In this document: positions 12,773 to 25,829 of the stretch, piece by piece
Position numbering within the stretch: the first letter of the stretch is position 1
How the letters are laid out: each line of letters begins with the position of its first letter
Origin: Octopus vulgaris
Lineage: Eukaryota
Reading direction: 5' to 3'
Assembly: GCA_951406725.2 (NCBI GenBank)
Contig: OX597822.1
Coordinates: 35,650,001 to 35,714,000 of the forward strand
Length of the DNA: 64,000 bases
Position numbers and translations under genes: made by a program
Notes under the pieces: generated by a model
Databases searched by the model: none
Seen by the model: the letters and a program-made list of their open reading frames with translations, nothing else
Told to the model about the DNA's origin: nothing

Positions 12773-13985
12773 TCATCCAATAAGTTCTGTCCGAGTTTTG
12801 AATAAAGAAAACAAGTGATCAAAAGTTATATTTAATTGAAATTTATTCATCAATGTACTTTCGCTGATTATCTGATTGCCTTCCATCTATCTACAAGCTT
12901 TTTATTCGCATCAATGTAAAACTTTTGGGGTTTCGAAGCGAAGAACTCTGAAATGTCAGTTTCGACCTCCTCCTGGCTTGCGAAAGTTATGTCCCTCAAA
13001 TGATTCTGTAAACTACGAAAGAAATGGTAGTCTGAAGGATCAAGGTCGGAAGAATAAGGTGGATGAGGAATTTCTTCCCAACCAAGCTCTTCGATCTTCT
13101 GTGATATGATTTTTGCAGTGTGGGGTCGCACATTGTCCTGATGAAGCATCACTCCTTTCGATTCACAAAAGCGGATCTTTTTTTCTTCAAAGCTTGGTTC
13201 AAAAGTAGACATGAGCATTGATTGTTGCATTAGGTGGTAACAATTCAAAGTGAATTACCCCTTTGCAATCCCACCAGATAGAGAGAAGAACCTTTTTCCC
13301 CATGAAGTTCCCTTCTCCGTTGTGGTTGAGCTTATTACCTTTTACCAAGCCACTGTTTACGACGTTTAACATTTCGATAGAAGATCCATTTTTCGTCAAC
13401 AGTCACAAGTCTATCCAAAAAGGATGAAATGAGTTTGCGAGAATGGAGGGAGAAGCAGATGTTAACCCGGGATTTGCAGTTGCTTTCGAACAATTCATGA
13501 GGCACTTATTTTCCAAGTTTAGGAAACTTTCCAAGTTGTTGAAGATGACAATGAACAGATGTATGGTTTGAATTATTGCCAGTACTTCAACTGATAATGC
13601 AGGATTTTCTTCAAGTAATGCCTCCAGGAGATTATCATCAAACTCAACTGGACGTCCTGTTCGATCTTCATCTTCAAGGCTGAAATCTCCACTTCTGAAT
13701 TTTGAAAACCATCTTATGCAAGTTATTTCATTCAAGTATTCTTTCCCATAAACTGGGTGTATGTTTCGAGTCGCTTCGACTGCAGTTTCCTTTTTTTGTA
13801 CTCATAAAGCATTATGTGCCTGAAATGCTCTTTGGATACTTCCATGTTAGAAAGGGTTTTAATCAAAGAAATTTTAATTCTATTATTCTGTAAAATAATA
13901 TTTCATTAGTTTAAATGTAAAGGAAATAAAATTAACGATATCCATAAATTTACTTTAATTATAAAATTAGTAAATTAAATAAAAG
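12768..13985 (-). mobile_element. Decayed mariner transposon (second subfamily)
   Basis: WFSKFRSGDFSLEDEDRTGRP, LLSIWWDCKGVIHFELL, HQDNVRPH, HPPYSSDLDPSDYHFF; TIR-like TCAGATCATCCAATAAGTTCTGTCCG at 12768; other end uncertain. Confidence 0.92.
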
Positions 13986-14432
13986 AATAGCTCATTATTA
14001 ACAATAACAGTAACAACAATAACACCAACATACTCCATGTAACCTGATACTAAATATACAACCATTCACCACTCGAAGAAAAATGCACTTGCTGACTACT
14101 GAGCCATTCTTGGACAGCTAGTCACTTGTTATTCTAACCAGCCGAGTTGAAAAAGTCAGAATTTAGGATAATTTTAGAATACTAACACCACGTGTATGAA
14201 ATGTTTGGGCTGAACTTGTATTTAGTTCAAATGGTATCTGAAACACTGTTAATAGGACCCTGAAGAAGCGGCAATTAACACCAAAATGCACACTAAGTAG
14301 CAAAATTTTGCAATGTGCACGAAATTGCAGCAAAAACATATGTAAGTGCAGAAATGGAAAGACGAGACTGACTACAGAAGAAAACTGAATATGTAAATCT
14401 CTGTTCTCCTTATATATGTGTGTGTATGTATA

Positions 14433-14512
<80 letters not shown>

Positions 14513-14601
14513 TATATATATCAATAATACAGTGATTGTTTCTTGTCAGGAACAAAAAGATTAATAGGACAGCTATAGAAGTGCTCTATTGAAAGAGACA
14601 A

Positions 14602-14900
14602 ATATATCAAACTAAGGTTAAAGAACAAACAAATACAAGGTCATCCGCATAACATTTCATAATTCGAACATTTAATCATAGAATATACATTTAAACATCC
14701 CGCAAGATGGAACATAATTCACCTGTACAAGCATATAAGCATATAATAAGGTGCGAAAAAAAAGTTCATCGCGGTTTAGAGTTAATAATTTAGCGATTCA
14801 GAAAAATAAATTTTTTAAAAAAACATTACAACATCTAGAAAGTAAAAATATAATATAAAGTAATATATAAAAATATATAGGTATATAAAAATATATAAAA

Positions 14901-14941
<41 letters not shown>

Positions 14942-15195
14942 GAAGCATATAAAAAATATATAATATATATCATGTAAATAAAATAAAAGTTCATCGTTTA
15001 GAAATTTTATAAAATTATTCAAGTAAGAGAAGCCTTATAGTTAAAAAAGAGGAAACCACATTTAATATGGTTTAAATATGGTTTCCTCTTTTTTAACTAT
15101 AAGGCTTCTCTTACTTGAATAATTTTATAAGATTTCTAAACGATGAACTTTTATTTTATTTACATGATATATATTATATATTTTTTATATGCTTC

Positions 15196-15237
<42 letters not shown>

Positions 15238-15524
15238 TTTTATATACCTATATATTTTTATATATTACTTTATATTATATTTTTACTTTCTAGATGTTGT
15301 AATGTTTTTTTAAAAATGTATTTTTCTGAATCGCTAAATTATTAACTCTAAACCGTGATGAACTTTTTTCTCGCACCTTATTATATGCTTATTGCTTGTA
15401 CAGATGAATTATGTTCCATCTTGCGGGATGTTTAAATGTATATTCTATGATTAAATGCTCGAATTATGAAATGTTATGCGGATGACCTTGCATTTGTTTG
15501 TTCTTTAACCTTAGTTTGATATAT
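14602..15524. repeat. ~920-bp fold-back (two ~455-bp inverted arms) between (TA)n tracts
   Basis: ATATATCAAACTAAGG...GGAAACCA mirrors TGGTTTCC...CCTTAGTTTGATATAT; the mirrored ORFs 14798-15022(-) and 15115-15345(+) give near-identical peptides. Confidence 0.95.
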
Positions 15525-16316
15525 GCATATATATATATATGTATATATAAATAGTATATATATAATATAAATAATATATATATGCATATATACATACAAA
15601 TATGTACATACTTATATATGTATATCCATACGCATATATGGGTATAGGACACCATAGAACGTAAACATGAAATACCAAAACATGGAATACGAACTTTTTT
15701 TGCGAACAACGAAAGAAACAAATGGAAAACAAGACAAGTAACATAAATAATGACCCTTCATCAGTTGTCAGCTGATTTATCTACTTCGCACTTGGAGCAA
15801 TTAGGACAAGATGCGCCTTTGACAAAATAGTTGCTTCCGCAAAGCAAATTAAATAAAATTTGGGATTTGTGGAGGGTCAAAGCTGGTAGCAAAAACAGGA
15901 CAGTGAAAACAAATAGTAAGGGCTGCTAAACCATAACGAGCTGAGGTGGCTACACACACACATAAACACACACACAGACACACATACACACACACACACA
16001 CACACATACACACACACGTCCATAACACGTTCAAAGGCCCGCGGCTTCTCAATACTTAGCTAATTTGCTGAAAGGCCTCACAGATTTACAATGTGTAGAT
16101 ATGGATGTTTTGAAAGAGCCATTAGATAAATTTTTATGATGTACTAGATAAACCTACGTCTCGGCAAAAAAATACAAGGGTGGCAGCTCCGTCAAATTCG
16201 TCGCTTCAGAACCGATCCCGGAGCACAGACCAGTCTAAAATAAACAAGAATTAGTGATAATGACGGAGCTCCTGGATGCCCACAGTTTCTGTCTGAAATT
16301 GATAATAGAAATATAT

Positions 16317-16818
16317 ATATTTCGACTTTTTTTAGAACATGGTTGAATCCATAAAATAGGATTTGACTACACCTCTATTTAGAGCGCAGTTTAAGCTATC
16401 TTTTCGTGGAAGAAGGTTTATGTTAATTCTGTAACCCTTTAAAATGGAAGATAAGAAAGTTCATTTTCGGCACTTGATGCTTTGGGAACCGGACAAAAAT
16501 TGCTGCAGCTCGACTGGGTTGTGTTACCCCACCCCCCATATACAACAGATATTGCTCCTTCGGATTTCCACTTATTCAGGTCTCTGTAGAATAGACTTAA
16601 TGGTAAAAATTTCAATTCCTTGGATGGCGTAAAAAGATACCTTGATGAATTCTTTGCCATGAAACCACCTCAATTCTGGGAAGAAGGTATTTTCAAGTTA
16701 AAGGAAAGATGGAGACGCATTGTGCAACAAAATGGTTTATATTTAGTTGATTAAAAAAAAGTATTTATTGACCTTTTTCTTTCCTTTAAAAATCGGCATG
16801 AACTTTCCGAACAACCCA
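16317..16818 (+). mobile_element. Internally deleted mariner
   Basis: MEDKKVHFRHLMLWE N-terminus joined to PHPPYTTDIAPSDFHLFRSL...ERWRRIVQQNG C-terminus; right TIR-like GAACTTTCCGAACAACCCA. Confidence 0.85.
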
Positions 16819-17216
16819 TACATATATTTATATATATGTATAATACTGAAATGGCAATAATTCTGTAACAGCCGCCAAATGTTATAATAGCTAGCCTGCA
16901 ATAAATCTATTCAATCGGGAAGAATTGTGAAAGCTCATCTAAGCTTGCAATTTTGCAGTGTCATATCAGAGTTGCATATGAAGAGGTGAGAATAATTAAT
17001 AATGTGCGTTCTCAGGTTAATAAAATATTCATTTCTGATTTTATTGAAGACTTTGAAATTATTTGAGACGGAATTGACAAAGATTTTTTTCTCAAAAGAA
17101 ATTGACTATGTAGGCGTTGTGAAACCACGCTGATCGTTGAGAATGGATCTTGTAACTCCAAAATTTAGACTCCCTGAAATTTCAGAGAAATTGCAGATTC
17201 CATGATAATAATAACA

Positions 17217-17255
<39 letters not shown>

Positions 17256-17285
17256 GTTATTGTTGTTGTTGTTGTTGTTATTATT

Positions 17286-17770
17286 GCCCTGATGCAGTAC
17301 CAGGCAGTGGCTCTCATGGCTTCTGATCTTAACTGATTGGAAGGGTTATCATGTACACTGTTTTGTCTTGGTATAAAAGATGCGCTACAGCAAATATTCT
17401 GCTCAATACTAAAGATTTGCTTGTCAGTTGTTTGACCTTAACCAGTTGACCATGTCCCTTACTGGCTGACGATATGTGCATCTCTGATCACGAGCAGAAG
17501 TAGTGGTGTTTCGTTCAACATTCTTAAACAACTGTTATTCAGGGACATTTTGAGCGTGATGGGTTACTCGACCAGAAGAAAATTCTAACTGGGCCCCACC
17601 TGCATGGTCATGCACTGTTTATCTTGATATGAGATCACCATGTCGCGCACATATGGTTGTGATGCCTGTGCCTAGTGTACCCCTATCAGACGGAAAGTCA
17701 TGATGGGTATACTGGGCTTCATATATTTTACCCCAGTGTCATTTTGATAGCATGCACTGCTCTTTCACTC
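17286..17770. mobile_element. (AAT)n-embedded interspersed repeat, copy 1
   Basis: Highly similar to 17937-18480 apart from an internal deletion; bounded by (ATT)n and (AAT)n. Confidence 0.8.
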
Positions 17771-17861
<91 letters not shown>

Positions 17862-17937
17862 ACAACAACAACAACAACAACAACAGCGACAACAACAACA
17901 ACAACAACAACAATAATAATAATAATAATAATAATAA
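17771..17937. repeat. (AAT)n/(AAC)n microsatellite
   Basis: Read directly. Confidence 0.95.
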
Positions 17938-18480
17938 TCTTAACTGATTGGAAGTGTTATCATGTACTCTTAACTGATTGGAAGTGTTATCATGTACATT
18001 GTTTTGTCTTGGTATAAAAGATGGGCTACAGCAAATATTCTGCTCAATACCACAGATTTGCTTGTCAGTTGTTTGACCTTAACCAGTTGACCATGTCCCT
18101 TAGTGGCTGACGATATGTGCATCTCTGATCACGAGCAGAAGTAGTGGGGGAGCATCATAGCCATGTGTTGAGAGGGATTCTTTGGGGTTTGAATAGTTCA
18201 CCTCTGGAAACATGGGTGGTTCTTTCAACATCCTTAAACAACCCTTATTCAGGGACCGTTTGAGCGGGATGGGCTACTCAACCTGAAGAAAATTCTAACT
18301 GGGCCCCACCTGCAAGGTCATGTGCTGTTTATCTTGATATGAGATCACCATGTCGCGCACATATGGTTGTGATGCATGTGCCTGGTGTACCTTTATCAGA
18401 CGGGTAGTCATGATGGGTATATTGGGCTTCGTATATTTTACCCCAGTGTCACTTTGATGGCATGAACTGCTCTCTCACTC
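17937..18480. mobile_element. (AAT)n-embedded interspersed repeat, copy 2
   Basis: Same orientation as copy 1; starts with a ~30-bp tandem duplication and ends CTCTCACTC(AAT)n. Confidence 0.8.
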
Positions 18481-18516
<36 letters not shown>

Positions 18517-19084
18517 GGTTTGAAATTTGGGTTCAATGCCAGCAATTTTAGCGGGAGGGATTAGTCAATTACATCGATCTCTATATTTGAAAAGTACTTG
18601 ATTTCATCGATCTTGAAATGATGCAAGGCAAAGTAAACCTCGTCGGTATTTGAACTCAGAACGTAAAAAGTCAGAAGAAATTCCACTATCCTTTTTATCC
18701 GGCGTGCTAACGATTCTGCCAACTCACCGCCTTCATCATAATATGTGGTTCAACATCCTATTGATGTAACTAGCTTTTTGTAGCAGTAGTAGCTAACCAA
18801 TCAAATCGTTAGTACTTAATTTAATTAGCTAAAGAGCTAAAGTTGAGGAATCGCCATTATCTTCAATAGAGTTTATGACAATTACAATTAGTCTATCAGT
18901 GACTTTATACTTCAACGGATATCATTGTGATGCACAGTTCACTATAAATATCTGACGAGTTACAAAGCATTATATAAAATTGTTGAATCAACATGATCAA
19001 GCAAAGGAATATCTGATATATTCGCCATGATTGATCGCTAGCCACTAAATCATTTCTTTTCTCTCTCCGTTTATTTCTGTGTTC

Positions 19085-19120
19085 CTTTCTGTTGAAGAGC
19101 GTAGGCTCGAAACGTAAAAG
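19085..19120 (+). ncRNA. Minimal type I HHR-like motif (A6->U) in a pLTR-like repeat (~19015-19220)
   Basis: CTTT-CTGTTGA-A-GAGC(GTAG)GCTC-GAAA-CG-TA-AAAG; related copies at 47775-47809(-) and 59945-59979(-). Confidence 0.6.
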
Positions 19121-19299
19121 ACTTTCTCGCTTCCCGAGCGTTAAACTTATTGCATCTGTTTGTTGTTTATACACCCGTCTTCGTCTTTTGTTTTCTTTGT
19201 TTTTCTGTAAATTCCAACTATATATGTATGTATGTATGTATATATACACACACACATATATATATATATAATTTTTCCGTAATGAGATAAAAACCAAGG

Positions 19300-19363
<64 letters not shown>

Positions 19364-19364
19364 T

Positions 19365-19815
19365 AATTTTTGTAAGCCTGACACTTATTCCATTGGTCTC
19401 TTTTCCCGAAGCGTTAAATTACTGGGTTCGAAAACAAACTTACACTAGTTGCCAGGCGGTGAGGGACAGAAACACAAACACAAAAATACGCAGACATAGA
19501 TACACACACACATACACGCATATGTGTATGCATACATATATATAGATACGTATACAAACACACACGCACGCGCTCACATACATACATACATACATACATA
19601 CATACATACATACATACATACATACATACATACATACATACATACATACGTAAATACAAACATAGATACATACATACGTCGGGCTTCTGTCATTTTCCCG
19701 CAATCAAATCTACTCACTAGGCTTTGATCAGTCCAAGTCTATAGTAGAAGACACATTCAGTGGAACTGAACCCGGAACAATCTCGTTGGAAAGTAACCTT
19801 CTTACCACGCAGTCA
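19365..19815 (-). mobile_element. Family B SINE with internal (CATA)n
   Basis: Reverse complement of the family B head and body. Confidence 0.75.
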
Positions 19816-19823
19816 CAAATATA

Positions 19824-19895
<72 letters not shown>

Positions 19896-19921
19896 GAGAG
19901 AGAGAGGGAGAAGTTAATTGT

Positions 19922-20163
19922 TTATTTTACAGCAAATTAATCATCATCCTTTACAGCTGTTTCAATTAATACTCAGTAAATATTAAGAAAATATTAAATT
20001 TATATAACCTGAGCACAATATCTTCAGAGGTAAAAAAAATATGCCCTTGGATGTTTTATGTGTTTATGGATTCACTACAGACTGAATCCATAGACGCGTA
20101 TAAAACATCCAAGAGTATTAATTGAAACAGTTGTAAGGGATGATGATTAATTTGTTGTTAATA
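19922..20163. repeat. Imperfect fold-back
   Basis: ~19925-19975 pairs with ~20112-20160; CTTGGATGTTTTATGTGTTTATGGATTCA pairs with TGAATCCATAGACGCGTATAAAACATCCAAG. Confidence 0.8.
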
Positions 20164-20374
20164 ATGAGCGATTGTGAACTTCCTAAACTCTATTTTATTT
20201 TATATTTTTTATATGAATATAAACTACATGTTTATATATGTATATATATATTATAAAGAAATTAATTCCCCAAAAATACTAGGCATTGAACCAGTATTTC
20301 CTTGGATAAAGCTATCCCTTCATGAAGTGAACACAACCCCTAGTCGAATTATATATATATATATATAATTATTC

Positions 20375-21175
20375 TTCTATTCTTTTACTTCTTTCAGTCA
20401 TTCGACAGCAGCCATGCAGGAGCACCGCCTTTAGTCGAACAAATCGACCCCAGGACTTATTCTTTGTAAGCCTAATACTTATCCTATGGGTCTCTAAATT
20501 ACAGGTATGTAAACACACCAACATCAGTTGTCAAGCGATGGTGGAGGGACAAACACAGACACACACAGAGATATATACATATATATATATATAACAAAAT
20601 AATAAATAAAACATATGCATATATACATACATATATGTACGTACCTACATCTATATGTATATATACATGCATATATGGGTACAGGACACCAAAAAAACCA
20701 TCGAACACAATGAGAAACGAAAACATAAACACAAAACCAAACGCGGAATAGGCGGCTGAAGAAGGGGAATGTTCGTTGTTTAAGAAAAATGTCCATTTCC
20801 TTGGTTTTGTGTTTATGTTTTCGTTTCTCATTGTGTTCGACGTTTTTTGAGGGGGTGTCATGTACCCATATATGCATGTATATATACATATAGATGTAGG
20901 TGCGTACATATATGTATGTATATATGCATATATTTTATTTATTATTTTGTTATTATATGATAGAACGCACGCATCCACTTCTAAGTAAGTTTTATCTTAA
21001 AAATATATATATATATACACATACGACGAGCTTCTTTCAGTTTCCGACTACCAAATCCACTCACAAGGCTTTGGTCGTCCCGAAGCTATAGTAGAAGACA
21101 CTTGCTCAAGGTGCCATGCAGTGGGACTGAACCGGAAACAATGTGACTGGGAAGCAAGCTTCTTACCACACAGCT
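20375..21175 (-). mobile_element. Family B SINE interrupted in its microsatellite by a fold-back element
   Basis: SINE tail at 20375-20570 and head at 21020-21175. Confidence 0.8.
20590..20956. repeat. Fold-back element with ~150-bp arms and a ~60-nt loop
   Basis: ATAACAAAATAATAAATAAAA...CACAAAACCAA mirrors TTGGTTTTGTG...TTTTATTTATTATTTTGTTAT; same family as 45707-46485 (ATATATGGGTACAGGA end). Confidence 0.9.
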
Positions 21176-21177
21176 AG

Positions 21178-21216
<39 letters not shown>

Positions 21217-21862
21217 GGGAGAGAGAGAAATAACAAAACTCTCTTTGTAAATGCCGTAAAATCATTGGGAAATCAACTTAGAATGGATTCTATCTTGGAA
21301 ATTAAACTTCACGTAAACGGAATTAAATAACCCCAGAGTGCAAAACGCAGCATAAAGCCGTGTTGTTCAAATAATAAAATCCTTAAAAGTTAATCTTATA
21401 AATGAAAATTCTGTCCAAAGATTTTAAAGTTAAGCATTTCATCGTTAGTGTAGTTGATCTAATGAATGTTTATTTTTAGCAATGAAGGAAATAAAACAAA
21501 TTATATGTTCGTTCTAAAATCGACCCAGGACCCATAAATTCACAATTTTATCTCTGGGCTTGTCTAATAATCTCTTTTGTGGTACTAGGCCTTATAGCTG
21601 TAGAAGTAAATGAGGCAAAACTGATCTAGTTTACTTTCTAGAAAGAAAATCAGCCCATTTATGCGTTTTTGAATGCATTGATGTTATAACTTTCAGCGTT
21701 GTCGTTTATTCAGAAGGCGTTGAACATATCATAAACTATAGTATGTAAATGTTCTAGGGTATTCGGATTCAATCTCTTTGCATGATATCTTGGGCAGTTA
21801 TCTTCTACTATATGCCGTGTGAATAAATTTGGTAGGCGTAAACTGTGAAAGCTTGTCTTCTA

Positions 21863-22925
21863 CGAGGTGGCATCAAAACGTTCCCGGACTAAGTTTTGTA
21901 ACGCGCCAAAGGACGGCAGCACATGGTTGCGCGTAGTGAGAGCTAGCAGTGACCTTCATGAATCAGTGTGCTGAGTGGAATCGCTTCGTTGGGAAATTGT
22001 GTTTTTTGTGATCACGTGAATGCTGTAGTCTGCGATTTTGTCATAAACAAAAACAAAGAGCCAAAGGCGGCGAGCTGGCAGAAACGTTAGCAGGCCGGGC
22101 AAAATACTTAACGGTAATTCGTCTGCCGCTACGTTCTGGGTTCAAATTCCGCCGAGGTCGACTTTGCCTTTCATCCTTTCGTGGTCGATAAATTAAGTAC
22201 CAGTTACGCACTGGGGTCGATGTAATCGACTTAATCCCTTTGTCTGCCCTTGTTTGTCCCCTCTGTGTTTAGCCCCTTGTGGACTATAAAGAAATAAAAA
22301 AAACAAAGAGCCAAAGTGAAATTTAGCGTTAAACTTGAAAAGTCTGCTACGACGATGAGGCAATGGGTCATACACAATGTTTCGAGCGGCATGGGTACTT
22401 CAAAGGTGGAAGAACGTCCCTGGAGGACAATGAGCCATCTGGAAAACCTACTATGGGCGTTGCCTTCAGAAATGTACATCGAAGATTCGTCCCTCATGGC
22501 CAGGCTGTCAATAGAGAGTTCTACTGTGACGTTTTGAAGTTTTTAAGGGAGGTCATTCGGCGAAAGCGACCGGATCTGCGGAGTGCGAAGAATTGGATTC
22601 GTCACCGAGCTCTCTTTACTCGTGAGTTTCTCGCCAAAAGCAACATAATATTGCTTCCACACTCGCCTTATTCGCCAGGTTTAGCCCCTGCGAACTTCCA
22701 TTTCTTCCCCAAGATGAAAATGCAGCTCTTAACACCGTTACCGAAAGCCATAGCGAAAAGCAGGTCCTCGACTCGCTTACAGAAAACGACTTCGAGGTCG
22801 GATTACAAAAGTGACAGGAATGCTGGGACCGATGTATTGCGCAGGGTGACTATTTTGAAGGAGATGATGAAAAAACTTAAGGTAAATAAGTTATATTTTA
22901 TTAAACATAACTAGTCCGAGAACCT
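21863..22925 (+). mobile_element. Internally deleted mariner with a nested SINE
   Basis: FKGGRTSLEDNEPSGKP, EFYCDVLKFLREVIRRKRP, HSPYSPGLAPANFHFFPKMK; TIR-like TACGAGG..GTTCCCGGACT / AGTCCGAGAAC. Confidence 0.88.
22066..22297 (+). mobile_element. Family A SINE inserted in the mariner
   Basis: Full head; target duplication AAAAACAAAGAGCCAAAG on both sides. Confidence 0.92.
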
Positions 22926-23741
22926 TATGTAGATCAGTCCTGAGGTCACTCAATACATAGAAATGTTGTGCCCTCAGCAAAAGCATCCAGGAAGATTTTA
23001 ACTGCTATCTCTAACAAGCTGAGTGACAGCATATAAATGTCTGGCTGTAAAGATGAACAAGGTTCTTATTCATCGTGTTCACTATTAATTTCATTATACA
23101 GTAACAATGATTAAATTCGTTTCATTTGTTACGTCTAAAAAAGACGCTTCACTTTTGAGCTTCCACATTATTCAAAAATTAAAATTAGCTGAATTTCAAA
23201 TATGAAAATATTTTTTCGATAATCAGTTGCCAGAATCAGCAAAATGAGGTTGATTTTTGTTTTCCAGTTGTTGTGTTTTAGCTTTCTAATTTTCTTTATC
23301 TGTGAGTGTGTGTGTTTTTTTTTTCTGTTCTAAATATTTTCCTTTTTATTTTCGATATTAATATAGATATAGAAACAATACCATTAAGATGCTAACACGC
23401 CTACGAAACTACAACGAAATGTCAAGAAAAGGTTGAAAAAACATAATAGAACTTAAATTTTCATGGAAATCGTATAAATTTCATAAGATTTATTGGAAAT
23501 ACACATAAATAAGTTATGAAAACGAGTATTAAGAAAACATTTCAAAGCGTCTATTGAGAATAAATATGAAGAAGCGGTTGGTGTAATATGGCTTTTGTTC
23601 TTTTTTGTTTGTTTCTTTGTTTTCTTTTTCTATATTTGGATATCAAAGGCAAATGAGACAACCAACAACATTTTTATCTTAAGTAATAATTCTATTTCTG
23701 GTTATAATCCTCTTTAAATATTCCACTCCATTTGTTCTATT

Positions 23742-23785
<44 letters not shown>

Positions 23786-23881
23786 TGGGGGATAAGTTCA
23801 GAAAAGAACAATTCAAACTTCTTGAGAGGTCCAAAAAGATCCATCATATACATAAAAAACAACCAGAGCAAGTAATATGGA

Positions 23882-24266
23882 TGGAAGCACTCCGTCGGTT
23901 ACGACGATGAGGGTTCCGGTTGATCCGAATCAACGGAACAGTCTGCTCGTGGAATTAACGTGTAAGTGGCTGAGCACTCCACAGACACGTGCACCCTTAA
24001 CGTAGTTCTCGGGGATATTCAGCGTGACACAGAGAGTGACAAGGCCGGCCCCGTGAAATACAGGGACAACAGAAACAGGAAGTAAGAGTGAGAGAAAGTT
24101 GTGGTGAAAGAGTACAGCAGGGATCACCACCATCCCCTGCCGGAGTCTCGTGGAGCTTTTTAGGTGTTTTCGCTCAATAAACACTCACAACGCCCGGTCT
24201 GGGAATCGAAACCGCGATCCTATGACCGCGAGTCCGCTGCCCTAACCACTGGGCCATTGCGCCTCC
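23882..24266 (-). mobile_element. Full-length tRNA-derived SINE (family C)
   Basis: Head GGAGGCGCAATGGCCCAGTGGTTAG...GGTTTCGATTCCC; TSD AGAGCAAGTAATA at 23865-23877 and 24267-24279. Confidence 0.92.
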
Positions 24267-25037
24267 AGAGCAAGTAATAAGAATATGAAAGCAGTAGTTG
24301 AAAAATATCGTTATAGGTATAAATATACCATTAACAATTATAGGAAAAATGAAGGAGAAAATAGGATCCAATGCATACGCGTGTTTCAAAGGACAATACA
24401 AATATGTAAGAAAAAAAATTATAATCATAGTAATTATAATTAAATGTATGCATTGTCATTCTAATCAGTGTGAAAACTTTTTGGAAGGACATCAAAAGAG
24501 GTTTAATAAAATAGAGTAAATTAAAATAGGATACAATAAAGGAGAATACAAAAGGTGCAATAGGGAAAATGAGATATTTACAAGCAAATATGTATGTGTA
24601 AGTGTAAGCAGATTCTTTTGTGTGTGTATATGCGTGTGTTGTGTATGTATGTATATGTGTATGGCTGTGTATCCTTATGTAATCGGTAAAACTAAACACG
24701 TGTCTGTTTTGGCACAGAAAGCTGGGGTTAGTTACGGACATTTGGATTATGTAAGTAATTCTTTTGTTAATAGTTGAAACCGCCGGTGTGTGATTAATTC
24801 TGTTTTTTTATATAATTTTCATCTGTCTTGCCCGCCTAATTGTTCTGGTGTTCGCTGAATTTTCCTCTCGAGAACATTCTTTGTAGTTTGATCGTTGGTG
24901 ATCTATTTCTAGCATACGGCCGACTAGCTAGCGGTCTTGCCCTTTGAATATACACATGTATTAGAATTTTCTCTGATTTTTCAGATTTTTGTATGCTAGG
25001 CTACTGGTTTTAAATTAATATTAATTTATCTCCCTCA

Positions 25038-25082
<45 letters not shown>

Positions 25083-25207
25083 TAAAAGGAATTCCAACCT
25101 TGTCTGATTTTCACGTTTTATTTACAATCTTATAATGATATAATATAAGATAATATAATATAATAAAATAAAATAAAATAATAGAATGTTAAATGTTCAT
25201 TTTGATT

Positions 25208-25250
25208 GAACTAGTACTTTCATGCATTAAATTATGCAATCTTCAGGTTC
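25208..25250 (-). ncRNA. Minimal type I hammerhead ribozyme motif
   Basis: Minus strand: GAAC-CTGAAGA-T-TGCAT(AATTTA)ATGCA-T-GAAA-GTAC-TA-GTTC; intact core and palindromic stem III, as in Penelope-like pLTR HHRs. Confidence 0.75.
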
Positions 25251-25490
25251 TTGTAGTAGTGGTGACAGTCATGCTTCACAATTTTTGACTGTAGCGAGAT
25301 GGTTACATCTGTGCCTTAAATACACCTGTTGAGGCTCCAGATTGCTAGGTTTTACAAACTGTATTCTGACCAATCAGTGTGTAGCATCACTCAATTACTT
25401 AAGCTGATTGGTTTAGGCGTCACGCTTTGTTGAACATGTCAAGAGTCCTGTATCTTAACCCTGGCCGAGGCAGCAATATATACACACCCG

Positions 25491-25535
<45 letters not shown>

Positions 25536-25709
25536 ATACATAAGCATACATATACATACATACACAGAAATACACGCACATATATATATACACATATGTA
25601 TATATATACACATACACATATATACATACATATATACACACATATAAAAACATGAGCACAAGGACATAAACATGCCCACACAAGCACACATACGTACATA
25701 TATACATAC

Positions 25710-25740
<31 letters not shown>

Positions 25741-25829
25741 CATACATACATACACACATACATGCACACGCAGAGAATATGTACATACACATAACCTAAG
25801 AGTGTAATAAGAACTAATAAGAAAATGAA

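Noticed and set aside
14255-14295. CTGAAGAAGCGG...CC(A)AAATGCA HHR-like string
   Set aside because: G12 is missing and stems I and II do not pair convincingly
24298-24519. 73-aa ORF with CxxC inside a (TA)n-bounded segment
   Set aside because: Low-complexity AT-rich translation with no matching domain motifs
24770-24795. GAAA-CCGCCGG-TG, resembling the 3' half of an HHR
   Set aside because: No upstream CTGANGA or stem I found
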